Source: Octopus sinensis (lineage: Eukaryota). Taken from it: a stretch of 64,000 nucleotides of DNA. Positions 11,762-23,646 of this stretch are shown here, one piece after another. Numbering within the stretch: the stretch's first letter is position 1; every line of letters starts with the position of its first letter. A model generated the notes under the pieces. The model saw nothing but the letters and a program-made list of their open reading frames with translations. It searched no databases and was not told the origin of the DNA. Where the stretch lies: positions 2,232,001-2,296,000 of the forward strand of contig NC_043004.1 of the NCBI RefSeq assembly GCF_006345805.1, in the 5' to 3' direction. The position numbers were made by a program, and so were the translations under genes.

Positions 11762-11830
11762 CATATATATATACATATATATATACATTTCCAAATACAT
11801 ACATATACATATACAAACATATACACACAA
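11510..11830. repeat. (TA)n/(TACA)n microsatellite
   Basis: Direct reading. Confidence 0.9.
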
Positions 11831-12079
11831 TCATATCTTGAATGGCACACTGCGTGTGTTATACGTTGTTATACATAATTCCATTAGCATCGTTGTTACT
11901 AAGAGTATTTCTAATTGTTATTTTCCATATATTTTTAAAGGCTAAATAAAAAGTAAAGGAAAAAAAATCAATACCTGTAAAAACACCCCTACCACACACA
12001 TACATAAGTGTGTGCGCGTGTGTACATATGTGTATGAGAGCACGTGTAATTGTGTGTGCGTGTCTGTGTGTGTGTGTGT

Positions 12080-12130
<51 letters not shown>

Positions 12131-13034
12131 CTAGCTAAAAAATTATTATGAAGGTTTTTATCCAGCTTTCTTTTGTATATTGTCCATTATCACTCCATAT
12201 TACACTTTCTATTCGGAATGTGAAAAATATATAAAGTTCCAATTAATGACAGCAGTCACGTTTTACTTTCGTTTCTGGAAGCGATGATGACAACAAGATT
12301 TTTTCCTGGTTCCTGCATGAACTTTCTGAACTCACATTAAGCAGAGACTTACAATCTCTTTTTTTTAAATCTCTAGAAAATTGCGATGATTCTGTGTTGC
12401 CTGCCATGTTCCTAAAAATACACTATGTCGAAGGTTATTCTCGCTAATATATTCCCGGGGAACACCATTCTGACCACCAACAGCGTTCATTAAGAAAGGA
12501 CGCCACAAGGAAGCCATTACTTTATCATGGCGATTCCGATGATTTTCCCGCCATTTTATCAAGTGATATCTAATAACCAAAAATATAGTGAGATGTAGGT
12601 CTTGCCCAAGAAAGTTGCAATGAAATATTTACATGGGTATGTTCATATATTTTAACATACATGCGCAATTTACATTCGTTTGTGCAAGTTTTAGACAACT
12701 TTACGCATATTTTTCGAGTTTCTAGAAACCAGAACATCACTCGTTCCCTCGTGTATGTATATATATACAAGTTAAAAATATGTAAATGACCATTATTTTA
12801 AAATTGTTTCTTATATATCACTCTGTGAATCTGGAGCCCATCCAAGGAACCCATCTGCATTCACAATATAGAATTGTGATGAACCATAATCTAGGACGCT
12901 ACCAGAATATTACCTGAATATTACCTGGAGTCCTTCACTAATCTAAGTAATATTGTTAGCACGGTGAGCCAATAGAGAGCTTATGAAGTATTTCCCTGGA
13001 CTGATAATCCATCACTATTTGTTCTGTTATATAT

Positions 13035-13102
<68 letters not shown>

Positions 13103-13138
13103 ACGTTGAAAACAAGCAAAAAAGAACAACGCGAGGAC

Positions 13139-13177
<39 letters not shown>

Positions 13178-13376
13178 TGTACACCTCTTTATAAATGTCC
13201 TAAAAATTCCGCACAGCCTTCGCTTTGTTGTCTATTTAAGAGATACATGCTCGCACAAACCTGCATTCAACTCCTCACTCGTATTATTATCGAACCGAGC
13301 GTCTAACTACATTCCACTTACAGCACTTGCATATCGTTACCTGCCACCTTGGGTCTTCTGGATACCAACACCTCTC

Positions 13377-13413
<37 letters not shown>

Positions 13414-13436
13414 GAAATAATTAATATCAGACTTCA

Positions 13437-13690
<254 letters not shown>

Positions 13691-14281
13691 AACATATATT
13701 TGCGTGCTTACATTGGTGTATGCGGGTGGATATTTAACCATTAATATTAAATAACTTAATAATTTTAAACGAATCTCATCTTTAGGGAAAAATCTATTTT
13801 CAATATGTAATATCAGTGGGAGATTTAGACTCATTAAAAAATAGGCCCATCTGATATTATTGACTTAATAATCGTGCCACATTTCGAACATACCATAAAG
13901 ATTTATATTTTGATGTACATATAACTAAATTGTTCACCTGAGATGTACAAAATATATCGAGTTTCAAGCTTTCCTGATGAGATATAAAATCAATTATCTT
14001 TAATACGTTCCTTGAAATATACGTGGAGAATAATTAGATAATTAATTCGTTCTACTCAATGCTAGAAGGACGAGTACTGAGAGGCTGAGGATTAGTGAAG
14101 CGATGTGGTTCGATTCCTTATAGAACAATTTCTTTCTACGTAATAACATCCATATACGATACGATATAAGAGACAATACTCTGAGAGCAATTACTCCTCG
14201 GTAGCGTACCTGGTCATTCTTCACAGTAATTTAAGTTACTCTTTCCCTAATGGAAGATCACACACGTCATGTCGGGTCCTA

Positions 14282-14535
14282 GTGGAGGCACATGGCCTAG
14301 TGGTTAGAGCAGCGAACTTGCGGTTGAGGGATCGCAGGTTCGAATCTCAGAGCGGGCGATGTATGTGTTTATGAGCGAAACACCTAAGCTCCACGCGGCT
14401 CCGGCAGAAGGTAGTGGCGAACTTCTGATGACTCTTTCGCCACAACTTTCACTCACTCTTTCTTCCTGCATCTTGCAGCTCACCTGTGACGGAACGGCGT
14501 CCCGTCCAGGTGGGGAACCTATACGCTAAGGAAAC
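14282..14535 (+). mobile_element. SINE family D (tRNA-derived, 3'-truncated) with 14-bp TSD
   Basis: A box tggcctagtgg, B box ggttcgaatc; TSD catgt(c/t)gggtccta at 14268-14281 and 14536-14549. Confidence 0.8.
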
Positions 14536-14827
14536 CATGTTGGGTCCTACTTAATCTAGCAATGTAACAACTGCATCACACTTCTCCTTTGCTTTAAATT
14601 GTCAGTGCAATTAAGGCCACACAGGTCATCACGAGTATGCTTATTCTAGTTCGTGTCTTTTTACACTTAGAAATAGGAGACATTTTAGTAACAGTTTTTA
14701 CGAATACAAATGAATATTTTTTTCTTGTGAAGAAGTATGAGATATCTATATTCCAGATTATAGGTTAAGTGTGAGCCAATCCCAAGATTTGGTTTATGTT
14801 CTATTATTATGTGTAAACGCAGAATTT

Positions 14828-15128
14828 AGGGTCCCAGCTGATGCGATCAACGGAACAGCTTGCTCGTGTAATTAACGTGCAAGTGGCTGAGCACTCCACA
14901 AACACGTGTACTCTTAACATGTAGTTTTCAGGGAGATTCAGTGTGACACAGAGTGTGACAAAGCCAACCCTTTGAAATACAGGTACAACTCATTTTTGCC
15001 AATTGAGTGGACTGGAGCAATGAGAAATAAAATGTCTTGCTCAAGAACTCAACGTGTCGTTGGTATTTGAACTCACGACTTTACGATCGTCAGCCGAATG
15101 CCCTAACCACTAAGCCACGCGCCTTCAC
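14828..15128 (-). mobile_element. SINE family E (tRNA head + CORE-like domain)
   Basis: Element strand reads gtgaaggcgcgtggcttagtggttagggcattcggc...gtgagttcaaatacc...ttgagcaagaca; colinear with 45840 and 50282. Confidence 0.85.
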
Positions 15129-15304
15129 AAGCGCAGTATACATACATACACATAGTCTATACAAAGTCATTTGCACGCTGTGATTGCAACCAAAATCTTC
15201 CTCGCCCCCTACTTCGCTGTCTTAGAAAAAAAAAGACGCATTGGATCATGTGGATGTAGGCATACTATGGCTGAAGAGATGACATGATGTTCACAGTTGG
15301 AACG

Positions 15305-15482
15305 TCTTTATCTTTCACTTGCTTCAATCATTAAACTGCGGCCATGCTGGGATACCACCTTGAATGATATTAGTCTAAGGATTCGACCTCGATGCTTTCT
15401 TTTTGTATAACTGGTGTTTATTCAACTGGTCTCTTTTGTCGAACCTTTAATTTGCGGGGACTTTAGCAAACCAAAGACGGTT
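15305..15482 (-). mobile_element. SINE family A 3' fragment, diverged
   Basis: cttgcttcaatcattaaactgcggccatgctgg matches the A tail. Confidence 0.6.
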
Positions 15483-15484
15483 GG

Positions 15485-16018
15485 CAAAATCGAGCCCAGC
15501 GGAATTTGAACTCAGAACGCAAAGACGGACGAAATGCCGCTAAGCATCTTACTCGGAGTACTAACGTTTCTGCCATCTTGCTGCCTTATTTTGATAAATA
15601 CTAATCCTTTGTACAAAAGGCACAAGGCCTGAAATTTTGGGGGTGGGGGCTAGTCTATTCGATCGACCCCAGTACGCAACTGATACTTTATTTATCGACC
15701 CCAAAAGGATGAAAAGCATAGTCGACCTTGACGGTTTTTAAACTCAGGATGTAACGGCAGACGAAATGCCGCTAAGCATTTCGTCCTGCGTGCTAAAGTT
15801 TCTGCCAGCTCGTAGCCTTCTGATAAATAATCTTTTCTACTCTAGGCACAAGGCCCGGAGTTTTGGGGTAGGGAGCCGGTCGATTAAATCGACCCCAGCA
15901 CGTAACTGGTACTTAATTTATAGACCACATAGGGATGAAAGGCAAAGTCGACCTCGGCGGGATTTGAACTCAGAACGTAACGACAGACAAAATCCCGCTA
16001 AGCATTTCACCCAGCGTG
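15485..16018 (-). mobile_element. Three head-to-tail SINE B (alpha-tail) copies
   Basis: Three heads (gaaatgccgctaagcat, aatcccgctaagcat), each followed on the plus strand by tgataaata (15592, 15821, 16022). Confidence 0.85.
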
Positions 16019-17109
16019 TTATGATAAATAAAAATACAATGAAATATGTAGTACATACATTATAGTAGTGGCTATTTTAGCTTTATTTAAAATTCACTTA
16101 ACTGTTTTCTAGCCTTCGCTGCTCTATAATAATTGAGACCCTTTAGATGCGCTAAATAAATCTTTCAATACAGAACTAGCTTGTCTTTTGTTCTTATTTT
16201 CTTTTATTGATTTTGTCTCGCGGAACGACATGTACTTAACTTCTTTTTGATGTGGGATTGATGCCGCTATCTTTCGGGTTAAACTATTGTAAATCTACGG
16301 CTGCAGAAAGGAAGATTTGCAAGTTGAACATTCCTAAAAGTCGATGTTCTTGGACAGAAGAGCTTTCCATAGTAACTACTGTCAGTGTTGGTGCTGTTAG
16401 TAGACTGTGGGTTACGAAAAGAATAGAGACAGTAAGAAATAGGAGTATCTGATTGCAGGTGGCACAAAACCAGCTCCTCTTAAACAGAAGAGATCAGTTT
16501 AAATGTTGTACAAACGTCAGTAAAGGAAGTCAATGTCTTTAGTCCAGAGTTTAGTGAGTGATTGAGTTGCTTCAATCAAGTGCGCTTTCGTATTGCTGAT
16601 ATGCCGTAAATTATAGCGAGGCATTTGATTAAATTGAACAGGATTAACTAGCGTGACAGACGGTAAATATAGCCAGTGATTAAATCTGACTGATGATTGA
16701 ATATGACTTGTGGAACTGGACATGTGTGATGAGTGGGTATGCATAATCAATAAATGGATATGATTGGGAATTGGATATGACTGATGGAATATGACCGGTG
16801 ATGGAATATGGTTGGTGATTTTACATGACTGATGACTAAATATGACAGGTTCCTCAAATGGTATTGTTTATTAATTTTGGCTAATTACTAAATATCATCA
16901 ATGATGAAATATAACCGTTTGACTTAAAATATCTGTTTACTGAAAAAAAAAATGATAAATCCATGTGATTAATGATTAAGTATAATCTATTTTTAAATAT
17001 AACTTATGACTAATTATTGATGGAATTATAATTTAGTCGCTTGAGATACATATTCTATCGATCGCTATTTGAGATCAGCAGGAATAACAGTTATCAGTGT
17101 GTTCAGATT

Positions 17110-17278
17110 GAAACGTTGTGGCTGTGTGGTAAGAAGTTTGCTTCCCAACCACATGACTCCAGGTTCAGTTCCAATGCGTGGCACCTCGGGAAAGTGTCTT
17201 CTCCTTTTTCCTTGGGACGACCAAAGCCTTGTGAGTGGATTTGGTACATGGAAATGGAAACTGAAAGAAACCCGTCGA

Positions 17279-17332
<54 letters not shown>

Positions 17333-17532
17333 TGTGTGTGCGTGTGTGTATCTATATTTGTGTATCCCTACAACTTCACAACCGGCGTTATGTTTACCTC
17401 CACTTAAATTAACTGTTCGACGAAAGTGACCGATAGAATAAGTGCATGGCTTAAAGAAATTAAGTTGATTCATTTGGCTAAAACTTCTTCAAGATGGTGA
17501 TCCAGTTTGGCCGCAGTCAAATGAGTAAAACA
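17110..17532 (+). mobile_element. SINE family A
   Basis: Head gtggctgtgtggtaagaagtttgcttccc, internal (GT)n, tail ggccgcagtcaaatgagt. Confidence 0.82.
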
Positions 17533-17586
17533 ATTACAAGTTAAAAGATAAAAGATACCATTCTCCACACTGCCAAACATCAAAGT

Positions 17587-17998
17587 ATGACTGGTGATTG
17601 AATAAGACTGGTGATTGAATAAGACTGGTGACTGAATAAGACTGGTGATTGAATAAGACTGGCGATTGTATAAGACTGGTGACTGAATAAGAATAGTTAT
17701 TGAATAAGATTGGTGATTGAATAAGAATGGTGACTGAATAAGAGTGGTGATTGAACAGAGAGTGGTGATTGAATAAGACTCGTGTTTGAATATGAATGGT
17801 GATTGAATAAGAGTGGTGACTGAATAAGACTGGTGATTGAATAAGACTGGTGACTGAATAAGAATGGTGACTGAATAAGACTCGTGACTGAATATGAATG
17901 GTGCTTGAATAAGAGTGGTGACTGAATAAGACTGGTGATTGAATAAGACTGGCGATTGAATAGGACTGGTGATTGAATATCACTAGTGATCGAGCATA
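17587..17998. repeat. 17-bp minisatellite (GACTGGTGATTGAATAA) x about 24 with a 102-bp higher-order duplication
   Basis: Direct reading; the variant unit actcgtg recurs at 17778 and 17880 (6 x 17 bp). Confidence 0.95.
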
Positions 17999-18699
17999 AC
18001 TAATGCTTATCAGAATGGCACTGATAGTTTTTTGGAATAAAGGCTTAAAAGGACTTCACTATACAGCAGAACGCATGTCGTCCATCTGTCATTACTTCAA
18101 CTGCACAAACAAGTAGCGTAATATAAATATGTCGATAATATTGGTCTCAGAATAACAGCGAGCTACATTTTGTAAGAATTGATATTAATGGGAAATGTGT
18201 AGTAGCGAGAGTAATGAATATAAACAGAGAAAGAAATTGATGAATGACAAGACAAATAAAAAAAATGGAACAAAAGGAAGAGAAGAAATGGAGAGATTTA
18301 CGTAACATACGACTAAGTAGACACGATAGAGTCAAGGATAAAATGATCAGCTCAATATTTAGCTTGGTTCCTCCGAATCAGCGATCCTGATTATAACATA
18401 AACAGAGGAGATACGCTCTGTCCTCCAGGCATATTTGCCCCACATACTTAATACAGAGATGAGTTATTCAGTATTATTCAAATAAACCAATAGCTTAAGG
18501 GGCCGTCATCGCAAAATTCACAAGTCATTATCGTAATAATTATCACCAAAACATTTTATCTTCTTCAATTACTCCTTTACATTTTAAGTACTTGTATAAA
18601 TTTGCTGAAGATGATTAAATATGTTCAAGTAATATAATGTGGTCGATTCAATCACTTCTACCAACCAGTAATAAAACAAGCCTTATGGCTATCCAAAAG

Positions 18700-18788
18700 A
18701 AACCGTTCTTGTTGTTGTTGCTGTTATCATCATCATCATCATCATCATTATTATTAATATTATTATTATTATTATTATATTATTATTA

Positions 18789-18828
<40 letters not shown>

Positions 18829-18945
18829 GCTGTTGTTATTAAGTTCTTGTATTATACACGAATTACTACCATCTTCATTATTATTATAACGATCAGCGCC
18901 ATTGTTATTATTTTTATTATAATCATTATTATTATCATTCTCATT
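18700..18945. repeat. (GTT)/(ATC)/(ATT)n compound trinucleotide repeat
   Basis: Direct reading. Confidence 0.92.
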
Positions 18946-18946
18946 A

Positions 18947-19031
18947 TTGAGTGAGAGAGCACCACATGCCATCAAAGTGACACTGGGGTACAAATATACG
19001 AAGCCCAGTATACCTATTATAACTAGCCGTC
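18947..19031 (-). mobile_element. Family C dispersed repeat, 3' fragment with (AAT)n tail
   Basis: gagagagca...catgc(c/t)atcaaagt...tacaaatatac(g/a)aagcc...atacc matches the reverse complement of 57240-57325. Confidence 0.65.
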
Positions 19032-19095
19032 TGGTACCAGTTGAGCACTGGGGTCGTTGTAATCGACTTATCCCACTCACCGCCAAATTTCAGGC

Positions 19096-19130
<35 letters not shown>

Positions 19131-19135
19131 GTTTA
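19032..19135 (+). mobile_element. SINE B alpha-tail 3' fragment followed by (ACT)n
   Basis: gtaccagttgagcactggggtcg...aaatttcaggcct. Confidence 0.7.
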
Positions 19136-19397
19136 TTGCTGCCGTCGCTGTTTGTGCGGGACGCACTTTGCGTTGGCTCCTGACGGTTTGTTGGATTTTG
19201 TTGAAAATAATTTATTTACTTTTGTTAAGTGCTTATCAAATCTTTAAATAAGGACTTCAAATGCATTGGGTGAATAGGGGCACCACCAAGTGGCACCCTT
19301 AAGGGCGAAATTGTTCTGATATTTATTTGGGTTTCTTCGTTGAGCATGTAGCAGGAAATCTCACAACACTACTAGCTTCAAAGGAGAGCAAATAAGT

Positions 19398-19480
19398 ACC
19401 AGTGAAACACTGGGGTCGATTTAATCACAAGTCGCCTTCCTCAAAATTTCAGGCCTTGTGCCTTTTGTAGAAAGGATTAC

Positions 19481-19549
<69 letters not shown>

Positions 19550-19568
19550 AAGAAGAAGAAGAAGAAGA

Positions 19569-19621
<53 letters not shown>

Positions 19622-19680
19622 TAGTAGTAGTAGTAGTAGTAGTTCTAGTAGTAGTAGTAGCGGCGGCGGCAGTGGTTGAC
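19398..19680 (+). mobile_element. SINE B alpha-tail 3' fragment running into an (ATT)(AGT)(AGA)(AGT)(GGC) trinucleotide array
   Basis: aagtaccagtgaaacactggggtcga...ggccttgtgccttttgtagaaaggatt then the microsatellite. Confidence 0.75.
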
Positions 19681-21735
19681 AGAATTGATAAATGCCTATT
19701 TAGTTACATCTGTTTGCGTTCATTAAAGTTGATTTTTCGGACGTCATGTTAGTCTGTCATCATTTCAGAGCCAATAAAATTAGCGCCGTGAATATTACTG
19801 GTACCCAGAAAATTGATGTCATATGTTCAAACATTTTCTTGGGACTCATAGAAATAACGACAATTAATTTCCTGAATCAGGGAAAAAAAAAATTCACTCC
19901 ACTGAGGCAATCGTAGATTAAAAGAAATATATAAAAAAACAGAAAAAATAAAATGCTGCAAGTGAGAGAAGCGCTAATTTTACATTCTTCAACAACTCTA
20001 TGAGATATATTTCAATCCACAAAGCTCTACTAAAACGCCTGTCACTGCGTTCGACTTGGAATGTTATGTCCCAAACAATTCCTCATAGCTCATAGTATAC
20101 GAAGAAGAAAAAAGAGAACAACTTAAGACTTTTAAAATGATCAAAAATCAGAACATTGGGAACGTTTCATAAATCTTAGATTCTTTCAAAGAATCGCATT
20201 TTTCTAGACGTTTTCTTCTTTCCATTCTACAAGGAGTTTAGCGAATTCTTCAATGCACACAAAATGTTGTAAACCTTTTTCACTTCATGATTTTTCTCAA
20301 AAGCCATTCCATTTGAGCTATCCGTCTATCTCTTTAATCTTTTCTTATCTTCTAATTTTATTTTATTTGTTCACATTTTATGACAGAATAATAATTCCAC
20401 CACAAGTATACTTGCATCTTCTTCGTTGTTTTTTTTTTTGTATTTTTTTGTTTTTTGTGTTTTTGCTTAATGAATAGGATTTCTAAAATTTTCGATTTCA
20501 AATTCTCTCACCTCTCTATCCGTCCTTCCTCCCCTACACTTTCTCAAGCGTCTTCTCTCGTTATATATCTATACCTACATGCATGTGTATATGTGTGGAG
20601 AGAGAGAGAGAGAGAGAGGGCGAAATTATATATACACATACATATATATGTATCTGTATGTGTGTATGCTCCCCCGTTGAAATATATGTATCTATGGATG
20701 AATATAAATATATAAACATAAGCGTATACATAACTATGTGTATACATACCTCTTTAACTCCCTCTCCCACACCATCTCTCTCTACCTCTCACTCTCCCCG
20801 TCTACACACACATATATATACGCATACATCACATACACACATATAAATATAAATATATATTAATACATACATACCTACATTATCTGATTTATTATTCTTG
20901 AATATTAGTATTTTTCTAGATGACTGACTTCGAAGAATGTTCATTATCTCTGTTGCAATTTATCTACATCTTTCGTTCTCTCTTTCTCTCACTCTTTCTT
21001 TCTTTCTCTCTCACTCATACACAATATACATACACACACACATATATATATATTACATAGAATGACAGGACCTCCTTTGTTTAAATGATGACGCAGGTTG
21101 CCCGGTAAGCAATGGCTACCTATTTCGATTCTCAGTAAGGGTCTTGTTGTGCCAAACATTTTCACTTAAAATTTTTTTTTATGTTCAGATCTACAGTATA
21201 TTTTCTTTTAAAACCATAAAGCAGATTGATACTATAATCTAAAAATTTCACCATTATATGTTTCTATTCGAATTCACTGTGCTTCAGGTCAGGAGATGTT
21301 TCTAGTCGTTGTTCCAGTTGCCTAATATCTTCGGCTCTTATTTTGTCTCACATGAACTCTCTAGGTACGACATTGTGTTTAAAAAGTGTCCAAGTATTGA
21401 TAAAAAATGCAACGGACACAACAAATAACATTAAGCTCTCTGACGTTCTCCACTAATTTGTAGGACCCTACAATGGGTGAGACTTAATATCCTGGATACA
21501 ATAATGCTAACTCCAAAATGTGCGCCTACAACGGTAGTGCGGCCACCAAAATGCTGGTAAGGTAATAGAGGAACAATACAAAAAAAAATGATAACTCTGT
21601 ATGCAGAGTTAAGAAAATAAGAAAAGAAGTAAGCACCAGTAATTCTCGTCCCAAACGTAGCTAAATTAAGTTAATACACTTGCATTTTAAACTTGCTACA
21701 TTCTACATTTGTATTTAATAGTATTAGAAAATATT

Positions 21736-21969
21736 AGGGCGGCGAGCTGGCAGAAACGTTAGCACGCCGGGCGAAATGCGTAGCCATATTTCGTCTGCCA
21801 TTACGTTCTGAGTTCAAATTCCGCCGATGTCGACTTTGCCTTTCATCCTTTCGGGGTCGATAAATTAAGTACCAGTTACGCACTGGGGTCGATATAATCG
21901 ACTTAATCCGTTTGTCTGTCCTTGTTTGTCCTCTCTGTGTTTAGTCCTTTGTGGGTAGCAAAGAAATAG
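21736..21969 (+). mobile_element. Full-length SINE B beta-tail copy with perfect 15-bp TSD
   Basis: TSD gtattagaaaatatt at 21721-21735 and 21970-21984. Confidence 0.93.
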
Positions 21970-22581
21970 GTATTAGAAAATATTTAAAAAATACTTAAAA
22001 TAAATTGAGTGGCAATATAGCGTAAGTAGTAGCGTATGGCATCCTTAAAATTGAAGCAGCGGATAATCATAAAATATCAGAACCGTGAGAATGCAAGCCA
22101 ACCTTACAAAATAATGTTTTAATTCGTAACTGTTGAACGATTTCCATTTATCCCCATACAAGTTGCTGCCTTTCACGCTAAGTTAGTTACAGATGTAGTA
22201 CCATTACATTAACGGGTACCCGTTATTAAATAGAATGTATTTCCTGTAAATGCTGTTATAACCTATATAAAAGTTTAAGAACAAGAATTACAGAATTGAA
22301 CTAGGCTAGCTAAACACATACTTTTAAATTTCGCACACAAAATGCAAACAATATCGAGACATTACAACAGTATCCCTTTCTTCAACTGCAAATAAGAAAG
22401 AATACAGGCCATAATATCCTGAAATGCAGAATATTACATTAATCAAAATAAAATTACTTGACCTACGAATGCATTTTCTCTTGCAAATTATAAAATTCTT
22501 AAATCGCTTAAATATATAAAAATAATTCTAGACGAATAATATTTTAGTCGAATAAATCGACAGCAGGACTTATTCTCTGTT

Positions 22582-22722
22582 ATACAATTCTATATTTAAG
22601 AGATGAAGAATTATGTACATTATTTACATTTGACGGGTATTTGTCCTCACCTTGTTTGTTGTTAACACAACGTTTCGGTTGATACACCCTCCAGGCTTCA
22701 CCAGGTATATCAGCCGAAACGT
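22582..22722 (-). mobile_element. Family F short element with degenerate hammerhead-like core and 19-bp junction foldback
   Basis: Minus strand cCTGGTGAAGCCTGgagggtgtatCAACCGAAACGTTgtgtt; inverted arms 22670-22688 and 22704-22722; second copy at 25979-26121. Confidence 0.6.
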
Positions 22723-23030
22723 AAGCCTAGTACTTATTCTATCGGTTTCTTTTGCCGAACCACTAGATTACGGAGGCAAATACACACCAACATCGGTTGG
22801 TAAGAGAAGATGCGGGGATAGACAGGCGCGCGAACACACTCACACACACACACAGGCGTAGCTGTGTGGTAAGAAGCTAGTTTCGCAACTACATAGTTCA
22901 GCGTTCAGTGTCTTCTACTATAGCTTCAGGTTAAGCAAAATCTTGAGTGGATTTGGTAGACGGAAACTGAAAGAAGCCCATTGTGTGTATACCAGGTCGC
23001 AATCTAATGACTGAAGCAAGTAGAAGAAGA
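22723..23030. mobile_element. Two SINE A fragments (minus 22723-22830; plus 22853-23030, internally deleted)
   Basis: aagcctagtacttattctatcggt and gcgtagctgtgtggtaagaag...gtagacggaaactgaaagaagccc. Confidence 0.7.
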
Positions 23031-23615
23031 AGAGAAGGATATATGCTTCTTGGAAAAGCAAACGGATGTATACAAGAACAAGAAAGCTAGAATTATACAC
23101 AAACAACAGACGAACGTCCTTCGGCTATACAGCAAAAGGAAAATAGTTGTACAGATAGAAAAAAAAAAAGATAACAGAGAGGGTATTTCGTCTACTAAGC
23201 GAACATAATGGGATGAAATAATAATACAAGTGCAGCAGAAAAAGAGTTATCCATATGTAATAGACAAACGCCTTTTAGCTGTACAACAAGAGGAAAATAA
23301 TTGTACAATTACAATATAAAATAAATATCAGAAAGGGTATTTCTACTATCAGATGAATGTAGTAGGCTGGCGCAAAGGAGAAATGGAAGGTCTTAGCAGA
23401 TCGAACAGGAGGGCAGATGAATGTGACCGGCCTGGATGGTGGCTGGTCGGAAAAGGACGACAATGCCTTGGCAGGACAGCGATCACGTGGTAGGAGAGAA
23501 AAATAGTTGTAGAGGGCAGAGGGATTAAATAATAAGAGGGAGAGGAAGAAAGATGAACTACGGAATAGGAGAGGGGAAAAAGAAATCAGAGTAACTAAAG
23601 AATGAGAAGGTGACT

Positions 23616-23646
<31 letters not shown>

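Noticed and set aside
12365-12580. 71-aa minus-strand ORF in unique sequence (similarly 16252-16452, 49291-49536, 63456-63680)
   Set aside because: Short, no recognisable motif, no consistent splice or start context.
14282-14360. tRNA genes at A/B-box-containing segments (also 10671, 15060, 37800, 50282)
   Set aside because: No complete acceptor stem; each continues into SINE body sequence.
17534-17983. 149-aa repetitive ORF, and a possible CRISPR-like array
   Set aside because: Contiguous 17-bp units with no unique spacers and a period not divisible by 3; it is a minisatellite.
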